From Dipteris shenzhenensis (taxonomy: Eukaryota), in the NCBI GenBank assembly GCA_047967505.1, contig CM106538.1: a stretch of 64,000 nt of DNA; one strand, written 5' to 3'. Position numbers and translations under genes: made by a program. Of the stretch, positions 13,522-26,716 are shown in pieces; the stretch's first letter is position 1, and every line of letters begins with the position of its first letter. The notes under the pieces were generated by a model. The model ran no database searches. It had not been told where the DNA came from and worked only from the letters and a program-made list of their open reading frames with translations.

Positions 13522-13637
13522 ATATGGGCCCTTCAAGGGTCCCCTTTAGGGGCAAGAAACATATCGACATTGCACTTGACATACGGGGCATGTCGATATG
13601 GACCTTACCCCTAAACGGGACCCCTCAAGGGCCATAT
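13522..13637. repeat. 116-bp foldback element (about 49-bp inverted arms), MITE-like
   Basis: ATATGGGCCCTTCAAGGGTCCCCTTTAGGGGCAAGAAACATATCGACAT pairs imperfectly with ATGTCGATATGGACCTTACCCCTAAACGGGACCCCTCAAGGGCCATAT. Confidence 0.85.
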
Positions 13638-14542
13638 TGAAAATTGCATTTAGACAAGTTGCTTTCGGATTGTTGTGATGGTTCCCTTCAAAATTATTAC
13701 AAGATGAATGTGGTCACCACCAGCATGGTGGTTTCACAAGAGAGGTGGCATACATCTTATGTTTTTATACATCCAATTGTTTGGGATTACTAAAAAGCAT
13801 GGTGGGTCAATGGTTGTAAAAACAAGCTCCATGGGATTTGTGACTATTTGGCATTTACATTTAACAAGTGCAGTGGTTGTAAAACAACCACGGTGTAGAT
13901 TTACTATTTGGGATCTACATAAAACCAGCACAGTGGTTGTATAACTAGTGTGGTGGGTTTGGATTTATCCTTTTATCTAGGATAAGTTGAATACATGTTT
14001 CTTAGAATGCATTTTCTTGTACTATCTTAGTCATCCCCACTACTCCAAGACACGCCATGATGTACTCATGCATGTCTAAATCCATTTTGAAGATACTCTT
14101 GCCCTTCTTTTATCCACAACTTGCAATTGGAACTTAATAGCTCTTACTAGATGAGAGTACACAAATGTTTGCAGACTCTTATGTAATAGTTCGTAATTGT
14201 GGCCTCTCTTGTATGTTTTCTTGTACTAGACAACTCCAACTACTACATCCCACTTCTTGTAGTTTGTTATCGAATGATCCTTAAATGCTTCCTCAACCTT
14301 GTGCTTGGGCTTGGTACATTGCAACACAGATTATGGGTCATCTTCCTCATTCTCCCCAGAGTCAGTGACAACTAGAAAGTTATCCCTCTCTTCCAGATAG
14401 TCAGCAACATCATCAAAAGACTCCCCAAACTATGGTGAGTCATCCTTTGTCTCTCCATTGTTTATCACACCTTCACATAGAGGGAAAAGTTGAGTTGTCT
14501 CCCATCTCTTCATAATTGCCATCTCCTCAAAATTATCATGAT

Positions 14543-17215
14543 TGTTGAGAATGGTATAAATTGTACCAAAGGGTTATGGGGCAAAACCTAACCCTAACCA
14601 TAAGGGATCCATGTATATATTCTCAATTTTCATGGAATACAACTTAGTGTATAGTTAGTCAATCTCTTGTGCACTCCTCTCTCTTTCCCTCTCTCACTTC
14701 TGCTATCATGGTATTAGAGCCAATGGTGCTCATAACCCCTTGCATGTTGTCAACGTGCTAAGGCCTCCCTTGAGGCATTCCCCATGGTGGTGTTCTTGAG
14801 AGATTGTGAGAGATCTTGTTCAGAGAGAGAGAGTTCCTTACATCTTTATGGTCGTGTGAGTCTGAGAGTTTGTGAGATTTTGAGAGCTCTTTATGAGAGA
14901 GTTGTCTCTTGAGAGAGTTCTTTAGTTTCAGTTTTAGCGAGAGTGTTCTCTTTTGAATGTTTTGTTGATAGTTTCTTCATGGAAAGAGTTATTTTCTTCA
15001 AGGTCTTTTAGAGAGTATTCATTCTATTCTTCTTTCTTTCTCTAAGGTTTCTTTGAGAAATTTTAGTGTTCTACAAGGTTAAAAAGTAGTGTCTTCAAGC
15101 CTCCCAAGTTACTATTTCTGGTTTTAGTATGGCAAGACAAAATGATAATAGAACTTTCAACGAGGCGCTCCTTCAATTATGGGTATAAGCTACATCCAAT
15201 AATGGCTCACAAGACAAAGCCCCTAAATGACTATAATGACCTAAGGCACTGCAAGCCTACAACACTTAAGGGCACCAACACTTTACGAGGTCCAAAGCTC
15301 ATGGAAGGACACTATGACCTCCATTAGGCCTGCAACTTCAACTAAGGCCTCCCACAACAAACTATGAGTCTTTAGTGCTGACTTTAATGACTTCATCAAC
15401 TGAGTCCCACATAGATTTAAGCAACTGTGACTCCATCTTAGGCTACATCCACAATGTTCCATCAATAGTCTCCTACAGCTAGCAACAACAATCTCATCAC
15501 GAGAGCAACCCTAGCAGCCAACTTTGACAACTCTTTCCAATGCCAATGCTGACGGACCAACTCCTACAATGTTCCATGTATACAACCCACGTCTGACTAC
15601 ATGCCATCCATGGGCCACAGACTTTGCATATTGACAACCATAACTACTACTCAAAGCCCAAGTGACCACCAGTGTCAACAAGCTTCAACACAATGCCTCT
15701 TACTCCAGCAAAACCACGAGTGCCAAATGGCCAGCACTGGACTGCCACTAGCAGCAGCAAATGAGGCCTCCGACATCAATAGCCCCAACTATGTCAAGCA
15801 CTCAATACGGCGACCGATGGGATCCTACAATAGTAAAATCAAACAATGTGTCTCCATAGCATCGATCAACATGTGACTCTACGGCTCCTACGACCTCCAC
15901 ACAAGCTCTACATTCTTCTCTCTCTATGTTTCTCTCACTACTACCTCACAATCAACCACGTGGCAGATAAGATTTAGCTTGGGTTAGGTCAAGCCGACCT
16001 TGAGTTTGTCCACTAGTCACGTTTTGGCCATGTGGCAAACCACATGTTATCTGCAACATCATCCCGAGTTACTTAACCATGGTCACTTTGACTAAACCTT
16101 GCTTGCCGCATCAGCTGCCCACATGGTAGTGACACATCACTAGCTACCATGTCATCACTCTCCATGTGTTGTCCATATGGTAGTGCCATGTCATCATCCT
16201 AACACCTCATCTGTCCACCTCACCTACCCATGTGGTAGTCTATCTCATAGTGCCACCTAAGCACCTATGCCTCATAAGCACACTACACTCTAGCACATGC
16301 ACATAGTGTCCACATCATCACTACATTTTTTGACACTCTTGAGATTAAAATTTGCCCTTTCTTCCAGGGGTTGCATCTTTTGATCCAAGTGGAATTTGGA
16401 GGCACTCAAAAAGAAAAATTGCTCCACTAGCTCATGCTCTATGCAGTTGTCACATTATATTTCACATTTGGGATTTTTACTTTGTAGTATTTGCAAAAAC
16501 CTCTTCATCGGAACCCCTCCTCATTAGACCGCATCCTCTCCAAACCTAGCACAAACCAAATCAATATAAATTTATTTTGCTGCTTTTTCATCTCGATCAA
16601 TGTGTAGACTAGTTATAGGACTCCAAAACAAGCCAATGGAAGCCCTGGCCAAAAATTCCTTATTAGTTCCCAATCGGCGTCAGTCCTTGTGGAACCTATC
16701 ATCGGTATTCATCTCACACATATCAAAACCTACTCCATTCTTTGACAGAGGGCAGATTCACTCTTGTTGAGTCACTTGGCAATTTGGGTTACTAATTTAG
16801 GAAATTTTTGCCTTTGCACTTACATGCCACCTTGTAAAGTCAGTAGTTGACTATTTGGCATCCTGTACTACTTCAAGTCTTGTAAAGCCTATGGCTATCA
16901 CTGGCACTTGGTTGCTATTTGTATACATGTTTTGATTCTTGGTGTACCATGGTGAAATCACATGATGATGTCATATTTCTTGATCATAGTAGAGCAAGCT
17001 CAATGATAACAACTATGGCAATTAGAAGTTCAAAATGTTGAACATTTTTCAGCTGAAGAGCTTGTGGGATATTGTCATGGAAGATGAAAAGAGACAAGTC
17101 TACCTCGACCACTCCTCTTACTATAGATCAACAACTAGAGTGGGATACTAAGCCTCAGCTTGCCTGGAATATCATCAACTTCAATGTGAAGGATACAATG
17201 ATCCCTCTTCTTCAT
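14543..17215 (+). mobile_element. Old copy of short-LTR copia family: 5' LTR 14543-14708, PBS 14709-14721, long leader, start of gag; 3'-truncated
   Basis: TGTTGAG...TATCA then TGGTATTAGAGCC; gag remnant from about 16949 (KLNDNNYGN*KFKM...LWDIV...EWDTK...NVKDTMI). Confidence 0.85.
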
Positions 17216-17759
17216 GTGGGCAGACCTCAATTATGCTGTGTTGGAAGACTTTGGAAAGAAGATACAGGGTATAATAAGGTTAACTTATTGTATTATTTAT
17301 GCTTGTAAGCACATTTTAAGAGGTGGTGTAACAAGCATACAAGTCAGCTCTTTAGTTATTTTACACGTATTTGCATTTTCCAATTTGAATGATGATGAGT
17401 GACATGTAAAGTATAACAAAAGATGGGTCATGGGTGGTGGAATGAGTACTTTGACTGCTGTGCTTCTGTCAAAATTTTTGTGTGTAGAAACCATGAAGTG
17501 ATGAGAACCAAAGAACAGATAGAGTGCAAGAGGAAAAGAGTATCCTGCAACCTTCTAGCCTACTTATAAAAGAGGAGATAAATATGCAGACGAAGTGAGA
17601 CTCCTCAAGAAGTATCTTTCGTCACTTAGTCTTAGTCTGTCTCTCTAGCTATCGATTGCTCAAACCTTCTCTATCTCTCCCTCTTTGTATCTACATCTCT
17701 CTGTTCATTGTTTATATTTGCATGGGTCTCTTTCTTGGATGTTGATATTATGTTTTTGT

Positions 17760-19435
17760 ACAGCAAGGTGGAAGGCACAAAAGGTGTGGATTGTCTATGA
17801 AAGAGGATTTTCTACCTCATGAAAGAGTATTTTCATGCACAATATGGGATGGACACAGAAGGCCAGGTTCCCAAAGTTGTTAAAAGAAAGTGATGTCTTA
17901 GAACATGAATGGTTGCCTGTCTTCAATCACACAAAAGAGAACCAAGTATATCGGATTAAGTGCAATGGTATTCGGCCAACACTTTTTAAGGACATGATGA
18001 TTTTTTCCAACGAGGTATACTAAAAGCATCCTACCAACATGGAAGTTGGAGTTTCTTTTGCAAGGGCATATGTGCTCCAGTTTAGTCTTGTTGTTTTGAA
18101 TGCAAGAAAAGACATGCATTTTGCTTGGGCTATTGTTGCTTTCCAGGCATTGACTATATTTGCAAAGGGGTTTTCAAGGCCTAGACTTAGCCACTAATGC
18201 TCGATAGAACACATACATGAGGCTAAGAAAGCGCTATAGCTTTTGGAGGCAAATCCACTAATATTCGATAGAACCCTTGAGCAAAGCTGTGTTGTTGCCT
18301 CTTGCTTGCTGAGGTGTACAACAATGAACTAAAAAAAGGGGGGTACTTTGAAAGCCATTATATGCATTGGAAGCTAAAAAATGGCACCCTAGGCGATGCC
18401 TCGGAGGATGGCATGGGGGCGCACCTCCAAATTGAAAAAGCTCCTCAATTAACAAAAGTAACAAACAGTGGCAATTTGAGTGTAGTTTGCATGCTACGAG
18501 GTGAGGCCTTAAAGATTAAAGCATTAATTGAAGACATGGAAAAAACAAAGGACATGCAAAGAATGCATTGCAATTTCTCAAAAGACAATGGAGGAAGCAA
18601 AGATTAAGAGGATGAGCAATGAGAAAGTTGGGGCAGCCCTCAATATTTTAAAAGCATAGGTTCTATCAGCACAAGCCAAGTTGGCTTCCATGCCTCTTGA
18701 AAATTCCATTGAGAGATCCAAACTTGAGGTGTAGATAGCAAAAAATCAATCAATGTTGGAGTTGCTTGGTGGAGAATCAGATGACTCTAATACACTGTCC
18801 CTAATTGAGGCACTTTTATCAAGTTTTGGGCTTCTTTATTTTGATTGTAATATGTATGTGTATATAAATTAATTGACTTTGCATGTTTTCTCTATTGCAG
18901 GCTTATGTGGAGCTAAAGTCTCACCTAGTGAAGGAGTTGAAAGGGAAACAACCATTGCTTCTGGAGATGCTCCACCAAGTGCAAGCAGGTTGCCAAGCTT
19001 GCCTTTTCCCATCTGCTCCTTCTATGGTTATCTCGGGGGATTCACTCTTCATGAAAGGGGGACGTCACCTGCGTGCATGAACTTCAAGAAAACCCCCTAT
19101 TTAAGATCCATGTAGGATGATAAAACACCCCTATTTAAGCTTATAAGATACCACCAAAATTCTATTATGTCCCCCCTTTCCTTAAATCTAGGTTCTTTCT
19201 CAAGCATTTAGATCACACAATAAGCAAATTTAGATTACTTTACCTATGACTATTTAAAACCATACACAAAACCAAACTTGTTTGGACTAGTTACCCAAGG
19301 TAGCCTATACTATGTCCCCCCCTCTTAAATATGGCATGGCCCCCCTAACTTAAATTCAATATTGGGAAAAAATAAAAGGCCCCCCACCCCTAATGTATAA
19401 GCTTACGCCTCATTAAAACCCCCCCCCTATTTTAC
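17760..19435 (+). pseudogene. Decayed, apparently spliced coding remnant, possibly DNA-transposon derived
   Basis: Polypyrimidine-CAG acceptors at about 17763 and 18900 precede short ORF pieces; repeated ACCCCCTATTT / TATGTCCCCCC motifs at 19090-19435; no diagnostic catalytic motif recognised. Confidence 0.25.
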
Positions 19436-19599
19436 ACTCACGTGATATCATAAGTTCCTCTTGTGAATCCCCCGAGCTAGTCATGTAGACAATCTAACTC
19501 ATTGATGAAGTTGTGTTGGGGCTTTCAATGTAGAGGAGACCTTGATCATGGTAATGTTACCATGCAAACACACATACCATGCCATTTGCTTTGCAGCTG

Positions 19600-22576
19600 C
19601 ATGCTCTATTGGTGGGACCCGATCTCCCATGTTTAGCAATTTGAGCAGATATGTGAAGCCTTTGGAGCTCTCAGGGATCTAGAAATGGCTAATACGTTTG
19701 GTCTCAACTTGGATGGCAAAGTAGGCCAACGGTATAGGGCTCTCACCTCGAAAGAAAAAGTCAACTAGGAGACACTGAGAAAGGCCTTCATTGTGAGGTT
19801 CACCCCCAGTGGACATAAAATGCCCAATTAACTAGTTGTATAAGGTAAAGCAAAATGGCAAGGAATCCCTTTGGGATTACATAGCCAGAATCAAGTGCCT
19901 CAATTCCCATTGTGAACCATACGAGCAGATGAGCGACGAGCGATTGTTGCCCTGTTTTCTCATCAGATTGGCAGACCCAAAGCTGCACGACCACCTGATG
20001 GTTATGAATCCTACCTCCTTCAATCTATGCAGCAAGGTGGCTATTCGTATAAGTGACAATATGATGGATAAGGCTAATTCAGATAAAACCCCAATTCCAT
20101 TAGAAATAGCACCATCAGTCAAGTCTTCTAGTGTGGAAATGATAAAGAAGGAGACCAATGAGACCAAGGGCCTGGATATGTGTTAGCTGGCCTCCAATTT
20201 GCTGAATTAGCTAGGCCAACAATGAAGGTTAGGAACCTCCAAGGAGGCGCCAAGAAACTCCCACTTGTTTCCATGGAGAGACAACATCTGGTGTGGGATA
20301 TGCAACGGCAACCATCCCTGAGTGTCCTCACATGAGGGCAAGGCCGGCACTCTACTGTGCACAATGTCATAGATGGGGAAACTATGATACCTCCCAATGC
20401 CGATTACTGAGGTCCTTGACCCAACCCATGTACCAAATGAGACCCCCATTAGCCCTGATGGCTCCGCCTAATCTCTGAATGCACAAGGTGGCCCTTTGGC
20501 TAGTTCAAGCCAGTACAAGGCCCAACAGGCTCCATTACTGCCACCCATACTAGGCCCTCAACCTCCACTACCTCATATAGCTCTGGTCAATCAAGTATTG
20601 GTAAAGGAAGTGCCCAACAACTAGAAGGAGACGGATCCAGATCATGGACCCCTCGACTACTACCCCTATGAGGAGGGAAGTGCACCCTAAGCACTACCTC
20701 CTTCAAGAGGATTAGGAAGTGCCTGTTTTCTAGACCGCTCCCGTGAACTCAAGGGCTAGAGACCTAAACTCTGTCATTCGTAGACCGATCCAATGCTATA
20801 CCTACCAGGGCCCCCACACGGAAAGTCAATGCCCCTACAGAGGCACTTCAAACTTTCTAGTGTCATGCTTCAAGTGTCAGGGGCCGCACTTCTGGAAGGA
20901 CTGCCTCTATAGGGATCTTACCCCTGCCACTCCTCCCATGACCAGCCCTACACCCTTGTGTGCAGGTGCGAAATCGAGCATCTATTCAAGGACTGTCCCT
21001 TAATAAGACTGACAACCCCAGTCGCCCCACCTAAGAGCACCAGCCTTAACTTGCTTAGTATTGAACAAGGCCAGGTGGCCGCAGTACCATCAAATATCAT
21101 CACAAGGATGCAAGCCAAAGCAATAGGTAAGACAATGAGGAAACTTGCAAGGAAAGATAAAGGTCCGCTACCGCAAGGCCCTAAGGTCCCTCAACATCTG
21201 TAGACCCGGTCCAAGAAGGCCATAAGAGTAGGTGATGGGTTTGACCAGGTGCTCATCCAAGATGGTTTTGATGAGAAGACATCCACCTTCGCCACCTCCT
21301 CTACCTTTGAACGTGCTTCCACCTAGGGTGACCCAGAGGTATCTCCAAGCTTAAAGAGGTAAACAAACTAGTGTAGGCCCAAGGCCTAGCACCCCACCCT
21401 CCTACATAAGGAAACCTATCCTGACCCGGTCCTAGAGAAGAAATACGTAATAGAGGCTCACAACTTGATACAGGACTTCCTAGAAAATTTTGAGCATAGA
21501 CACAAGGCGAGCAGAGGGTTGTGGATACCATCCATCCAGCCCACCTGACGGGCCACCGAGGAGCAAAGGCACTGAAAGTGTCAAAAAAGGTGGAAGAAGA
21601 GGAACGTTTCAGCTTCGATGAGTCAGAAGCTCCAGATCTGATGCAAAAAATGTTCCAAGAGGACCCAATATTGCAAAACCTATAGGAAGAAGGAGACCTT
21701 TATAGTTTCAAGGACCGGTTATCCATGGGAGGAGATCTTCACAAGAACCCTGCCATAGTGCCATCATGGATGCCTTCCTATCGACCGAGGTAAAAATTCT
21801 GATCGCCTCTCAGCTGAGAGGAAATTCCATTTGGGGAGACATATCGAATTGGATAGACAATTCCTACCCCCAGGCCTTGCTAGCCCTAAGGCCAACAAAT
21901 CACCATCGGAGAAGGGGTAGAACTTATCCAAGGTTCCCATCAATAAGCTAGGTCAATACTTTGAGGGTGATGACACAAACGCTACTATCCCCATAACCTA
22001 TCAACACCAAAAGTTTGATGCCATCTTGGATGGGGGAGTGAGAGAGTGTCTGTACCAACGAATGCTAGGTAAAGTGGGGGAAACTTACACTCGAGCAAAC
22101 CCATCTGGTAGTGAAGTTGGCCGATGGTGGAACTGCAAAACCCTTGGGAGTCCGTACTACTAGCATTAACATTAAATTATTTGGATTCACATACCCCATC
22201 ACGTTCGTAGTCATGGACTTCATCTGGTAGTCAAGATATGAGGCCATCCTAGGCAGACCCTTCTTACAAATGTCTGGGCTCATACATGCTATTTGTGGCA
22301 TGAGGAACAAATCATGCAAGTGGACTTGCACACCTACAAGGCCCACCCATTGTCAAGACACCTTTTTGCCTGTGGAATCTGACAAAACTCTCTGGAACAC
22401 ATACTTGAAGCTATTCCAACCATGTGAAAGGGAAGAGGATGAAAAAGAGTCCGATGAATTCTGGTATGCACCTCTTCCTGAGCCAGAATTCTCTCAGAAT
22501 TGGATGCACATCTTAGCCAACATTGATGTTCTAGAGAGAATAGGGTTCCAAATTACTACCCTCGAGGTTGAGGGAA
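19600..22576 (+). pseudogene. gag: gag with five zinc knuckles and first aspartic protease (about 21985-22300)
   Basis: KQNGKESLWDYIARIK gag motif; CFKCQGPHFWKDC and related knuckles; FDAILDGG...VKLADG...PLG...YEAILGRPFL. Confidence 0.85.
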
Positions 22577-22916
22577 TGTTACATCAACTATGATACCGTG
22601 ACATCGGTATAACGGGGAAACCACGAGGGCTTGACAATACTTACCTATGTGGCTAATGGGGTCTAGGGGGAAATCCTAGGCCTAGGTAATTAATGGAAGG
22701 GTGCACTAGTTGAACCTAAAGAGGGGTTTAATGGTAAGGTCCACTTGGACATATGGCACCATGAGGGATGGCCACTTGGGAGGTATTGGGCTAGGAGGGA
22801 GGATTCTAGAGGGAGCCAAAAAAAGAAAGAAGGTTGAGGAGGCTCCAAGAGAAAGGAATCCGTGGTCGGGTGGAACTCAATGCAGAGAAGCCCTCAAGGA
22901 TACAGGTTTCTTAACA
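22577..22916 (+). repeat. 5' LTR of chromovirus
   Basis: TGTTA...TTAACA, direct repeat of 28366-28705. Confidence 0.97.
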
Positions 22917-22917
22917 C

Positions 22918-22929
22918 TGGTATTAGAGC
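22918..22929 (+). promoter_or_regulatory. Primer binding site, tRNA-iMet type (1 mismatch)
   Basis: TGGTATTAGAGC directly after the 5' LTR. Confidence 0.9.
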
Positions 22930-23102
22930 ACAGCGAAAGATTAGCCTTATTGGGTAGCCGCATGTTTTCGAAAGCTTTGAAAGTTGTTATGCAATCCGGT
23001 TTGCTGAGCTATAAAAGATCTGGAAGAAGGACTCGTTAGGAGAGGGATCGACGAGGAGAAGAGGCCACAAATCCTCTCCTTTGGATCCATATTTGAAGGA
23101 TA

Positions 23103-23300
23103 TACTGCGCTATCTCTTGCACCAGCAGGTGCGCTCGGTGTAGTGGAGAGTGCCCACGGATGGCTTGCGAAATCTCTTGCGCAGTGGGACCTTAGCTACT
23201 GTGCTATCTCTTGCACACAGCGGGTACGCTCGGTGTAGTGGAGAGTGCCCACGAGTGGCTTGCAAAATCTCTTGCGCAGTGGGACCTTAGCTACTGCGCT
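23103..23300 (+). repeat. Tandem duplication of about 94 bp in the chromovirus 5' leader
   Basis: TACTGCGCTATCTCTTGCAC...CAGTGGGACCTTAGC at 23103-23196 and 23197-23291. Confidence 0.9.
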
Positions 23301-24030
23301 GCAGATTTGGAGAAGCTATGCACCGTGCAGCTCCGTTTGAAGGCTACGGTTCAGCCATTGTCATCCGAGTGGGACCAGAGAGGGCGTCACCTCTGTGCTA
23401 TAGCATTCACTACCCACGCTCTTGAAGAATTAGAGATTCATACTCTCTGGACTTACAGGCTTTGGAAGAAGGATCGGAGGTTCATCGTTCTCGTTCGATG
23501 GTCGGCCTGCAGAGCAATAGAAATACAAAGAAAAAAGCCACATCATCTAAGGCTACTTTAGCCTTTAAAGAAAGCCACCTCACCCCTCTGTTTTTACCCC
23601 TCGTCATCCAAGGTCTTAAAGTTAATTTCACCTCTTTTGTTTCCAAGATTCATTAGCCTCGCTGATTTCAAGTTTTTTTAAAAAAAAATTTACAATCGAA
23701 TCAAGACATTCGAGATCGAGGGAAGCAAGAAGAGTGGGATCGGGACGAGAGATCAAGAATTAAAAGCGAGAGAGGACGCGTCAGCTTCAAAGACAAATTC
23801 AAGACCATCGAACAAATATCAGGGAAGTGGGCATCATATTTTTCTATTTGATATAAAGCGCTTTGCTTTACATTTTTTGGAAAATATACATTTTTTAAAA
23901 TGACAACTCCAGAAAGGGATGGTAGGATTAGAGAGGCCAAGGAAAGGGCTAGAAAGGGAAAAGTAGTAGTTAGAGAGGAAATACATGAGGAGGTACAAAC
24001 TGAACTGAAACTCAAGAGGATAATGTAATA

Positions 24031-25011
24031 ATGGAGGATATTGATTACGGTGATTATGGAATTCCGTATGCGGAATTCACTAAACTGGAAATTCGAACGC
24101 AAAATATAGAAACACACTTAGGGGTTATCAGTGAAACATTAAAAACCCTAACTGAAGCTATGACTAAGATAGCCGATTCTCAATCAGTATCTATTACTGA
24201 AAAATCACCGATTCCTCCTAATGAAGTTGAGAGGTCTACCTCTCGACTTAGAGAAACCTCGAACATCCTTAAGGACTTAAAACCGCCAATTTTCAATGGG
24301 GAAGAAAAGGAGCGTAATAAAGATGCGATTAATACGTTCTTGCAAAAATGGCAAGACTTTCATCGACCCAGGAATACACCTCCTGAAAATCAAGTCGTGG
24401 AAGCAAGTCTTTCCCTTGGAAATAAAGCCTATAAATGGTGGATGAGCCTCAGGGAGAGTGATAAAATTCCTAGATATTGGACTGAGTTTGAACAAGCCTT
24501 CCTAAAAGAGTTTTTACCGAAAAATGAATTAGAAAGAGCGTGGGAGGCTTGGGATATTTGCACTATGGGTAAAAACACCGTAGTCCAGTACATAGCGAAT
24601 TATAGGGAGGCAGTCCTTAAACTGAAGGGAATTGATGAATTCCAAAAGATAAGGGGTTTTGTGAGAGGTCTCAAAGACACTTATAAGGTTGAAGTGAGAA
24701 GAAATTCTCCAAAAACCTTTGAGGAAGCCATTAAGTATGCCCAAATATATGATGATACGACGGGGAAATTCAAAATTGGAACTTCGGAGCAAATAGGTTT
24801 TGTTCCAAAGTTCAATAAATTTTCCAATTTGAAAAGAAAGGGGCACTTTAAGAAGGAGGTTCCTCAAGTACCACCTAAGAAACCTCAAACACAAAATTAT
24901 CCTCTCTTGAAAAAAGAGGATTATGAAAGGGCCAAGCAAGAAAATCTTTGCTTCAAATGTTTGGGCAAAGACCATGTTGCTTGGAACTGTCCTAAAAATA
25001 AACCAGCGTGA
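24031..25011 (+). CDS. gag: Gag of chromovirus (original start probably ATG 23900, now frameshifted)
   Basis: 326-aa ORF with LKPPIFNG, AYKWW, YWTEFEQAFLKEF and CFKCLGKDHVAWNC knuckle. Confidence 0.9.
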   Translation: MEDIDYGDYGIPYAEFTKLEIRTQNIETHLGVISETLKTLTEAMTKIADSQSVSITEKSPIPPNEVERSTSRLRETSNILKDLKPPIFNGEEKERNKDAINTFLQKWQDFHRPRNTPPENQVVEASLSLGNKAYKWWMSLRESDKIPRYWTEFEQAFLKEFLPKNELERAWEAWDICTMGKNTVVQYIANYREAVLKLKGIDEFQKIRGFVRGLKDTYKVEVRRNSPKTFEEAIKYAQIYDDTTGKFKIGTSEQIGFVPKFNKFSNLKRKGHFKKEVPQVPPKKPQTQNYPLLKKEDYERAKQENLCFKCLGKDHVAWNCPKNKPA

Positions 25012-26716
25012 GCTAAAGCCCCAAATAGACCTCCACAAAAACAAGTGCATGCGGTGCAAGTGTTACCGCTCAATGGTACTGAAAAGTACACTGAGGTAGA
25101 GGTCTATCGTGAGGATAGCACCCACATGTGCTGTCTATCATCGGCAATGTGGCAGCCCACCTTTGGTCCTCATGATTTAATGAGGATGCATGGAAAAATT
25201 AAGGGGCAAAGAGTAAGAGTGATGGTCGATGATAGTGCAACACATAATTTCTTAAACTACTCGTTAGTTAAGAAATTAAAATTGCCTGAGAGTCCCAGTG
25301 CCCATAAATATGTGGTCTCTTTGGCGAAGGGCAGTGATAAAAAAGTTTGGGACACCATGATATATGGTGTAGAGATGGATATTCAAGGCTATCAGGATGC
25401 CTTGGATTTCCAAATCATGCATCTCGATCGAACAGATGTAGTGCTTGGTTGAGAATGGTTGTATAGTCTTGGGCATAGATTACAGAGGAGTTATCTTAAT
25501 AACTCCATCATGTTTGAAAAAGAGGGTAGAGTCTTTCAGATTTAAGGAGAACATGATGTGCCTAATTCTCCTCTTATTTGTTTGATGGAATTGGAACGAC
25601 TACTACACCAAGAACAATGCGAGGTATATCTTTGTGAACTTACTTTTATTGGTGATTTTATGTCTTTTGCATCGGAAAGAAGTAATGTTGTTTTTGATAA
25701 TGTTAAAAAGTATAAATCTTCTTTCAATGATTTAATGTTTGAATTTAAAGATGTTTTTCCACTTGACTTACCTGATGGTTTACCTCCTGAGAGAGAAGTA
25801 GATCATAAAATAGATTTAATTCCTAGATCTACCCCTATTTGTAAACCCCCATATAGGCTTAGTCAAACAGAAGAACGTGAGGTCGAAAGACAATTAACAG
25901 AATATCTTAGGAAGGGCCAAATCCAAACAAGTACTTCACCTTGGTCTACACCAATTTTACTGGTAAAGAAAAAGGATGGTACTATGCGTTTATGCATAGA
26001 TTACCGAGCACTAAATAAAATCACCATAAAAAATAAGTATTTCTAGACGATATCCTTATTTATAGTAAAACCAGAAAAAAACATTTGGAACATTTGCAAA
26101 AAGTATTCCAATTGCTTAGAAATAATTCGCTCTTTGCAAAAGAATCCAAATGTGAATTCTTTGCAAAAGAAGTGAAATACTTGGGACATATAATATCCCA
26201 AGGAGGGGTTCGTATAGACCTTAACAAAGTAAGGGCCATATTGGAATGGCCACATCCTACAAATCCAGAAGAATTACAAATATTCTTAGGTTTGTCAGGA
26301 TTCTATAGGAGATTCATCTAAGATTACGCTAAGATTGCTGTTCCGATGATGGACCAGCTTAAGGGGAAGGGAAGCACCTTCATATGGGATGAACCTCAAA
26401 AGAGAAGTTTTGAAAAATTAAAGGTAACTATAGCGGCAGCTCTTGTCTTAAAAGTAGTGGATCCCAATGAACCATTCATGGTTGAGACAGATGCTAATGA
26501 TTTTGCTATTGGGCCAGTGAAAGCAAAAAGCTAGATCGTGCCCAATGGAATTACTCGGCATATGAAAAAGAACTATATGCTATAGTCTATGCTTTAAAGA
26601 AGTGGAGGCACTATTTATACGGTGCAAAATTTGAGATCATCTTTGATCAAGAAAGTATTAAATGGATTTGTAATCAGCCAGAGCTTAAAGGTAGAAAAGC
26701 TAGATGGGATGAGTTA
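25012..26716 (+). pseudogene. pol: Chromovirus PR-RT-RNase H, disrupted
   Basis: [56 protein letters not shown]; stops plus deletions at about 26040 and 26515. Confidence 0.93.

Noticed and set aside
22710-23039. Duplicated ORF MNLKRGLMVR (also 28499-28918)
   Set aside because: Simply the two LTR copies
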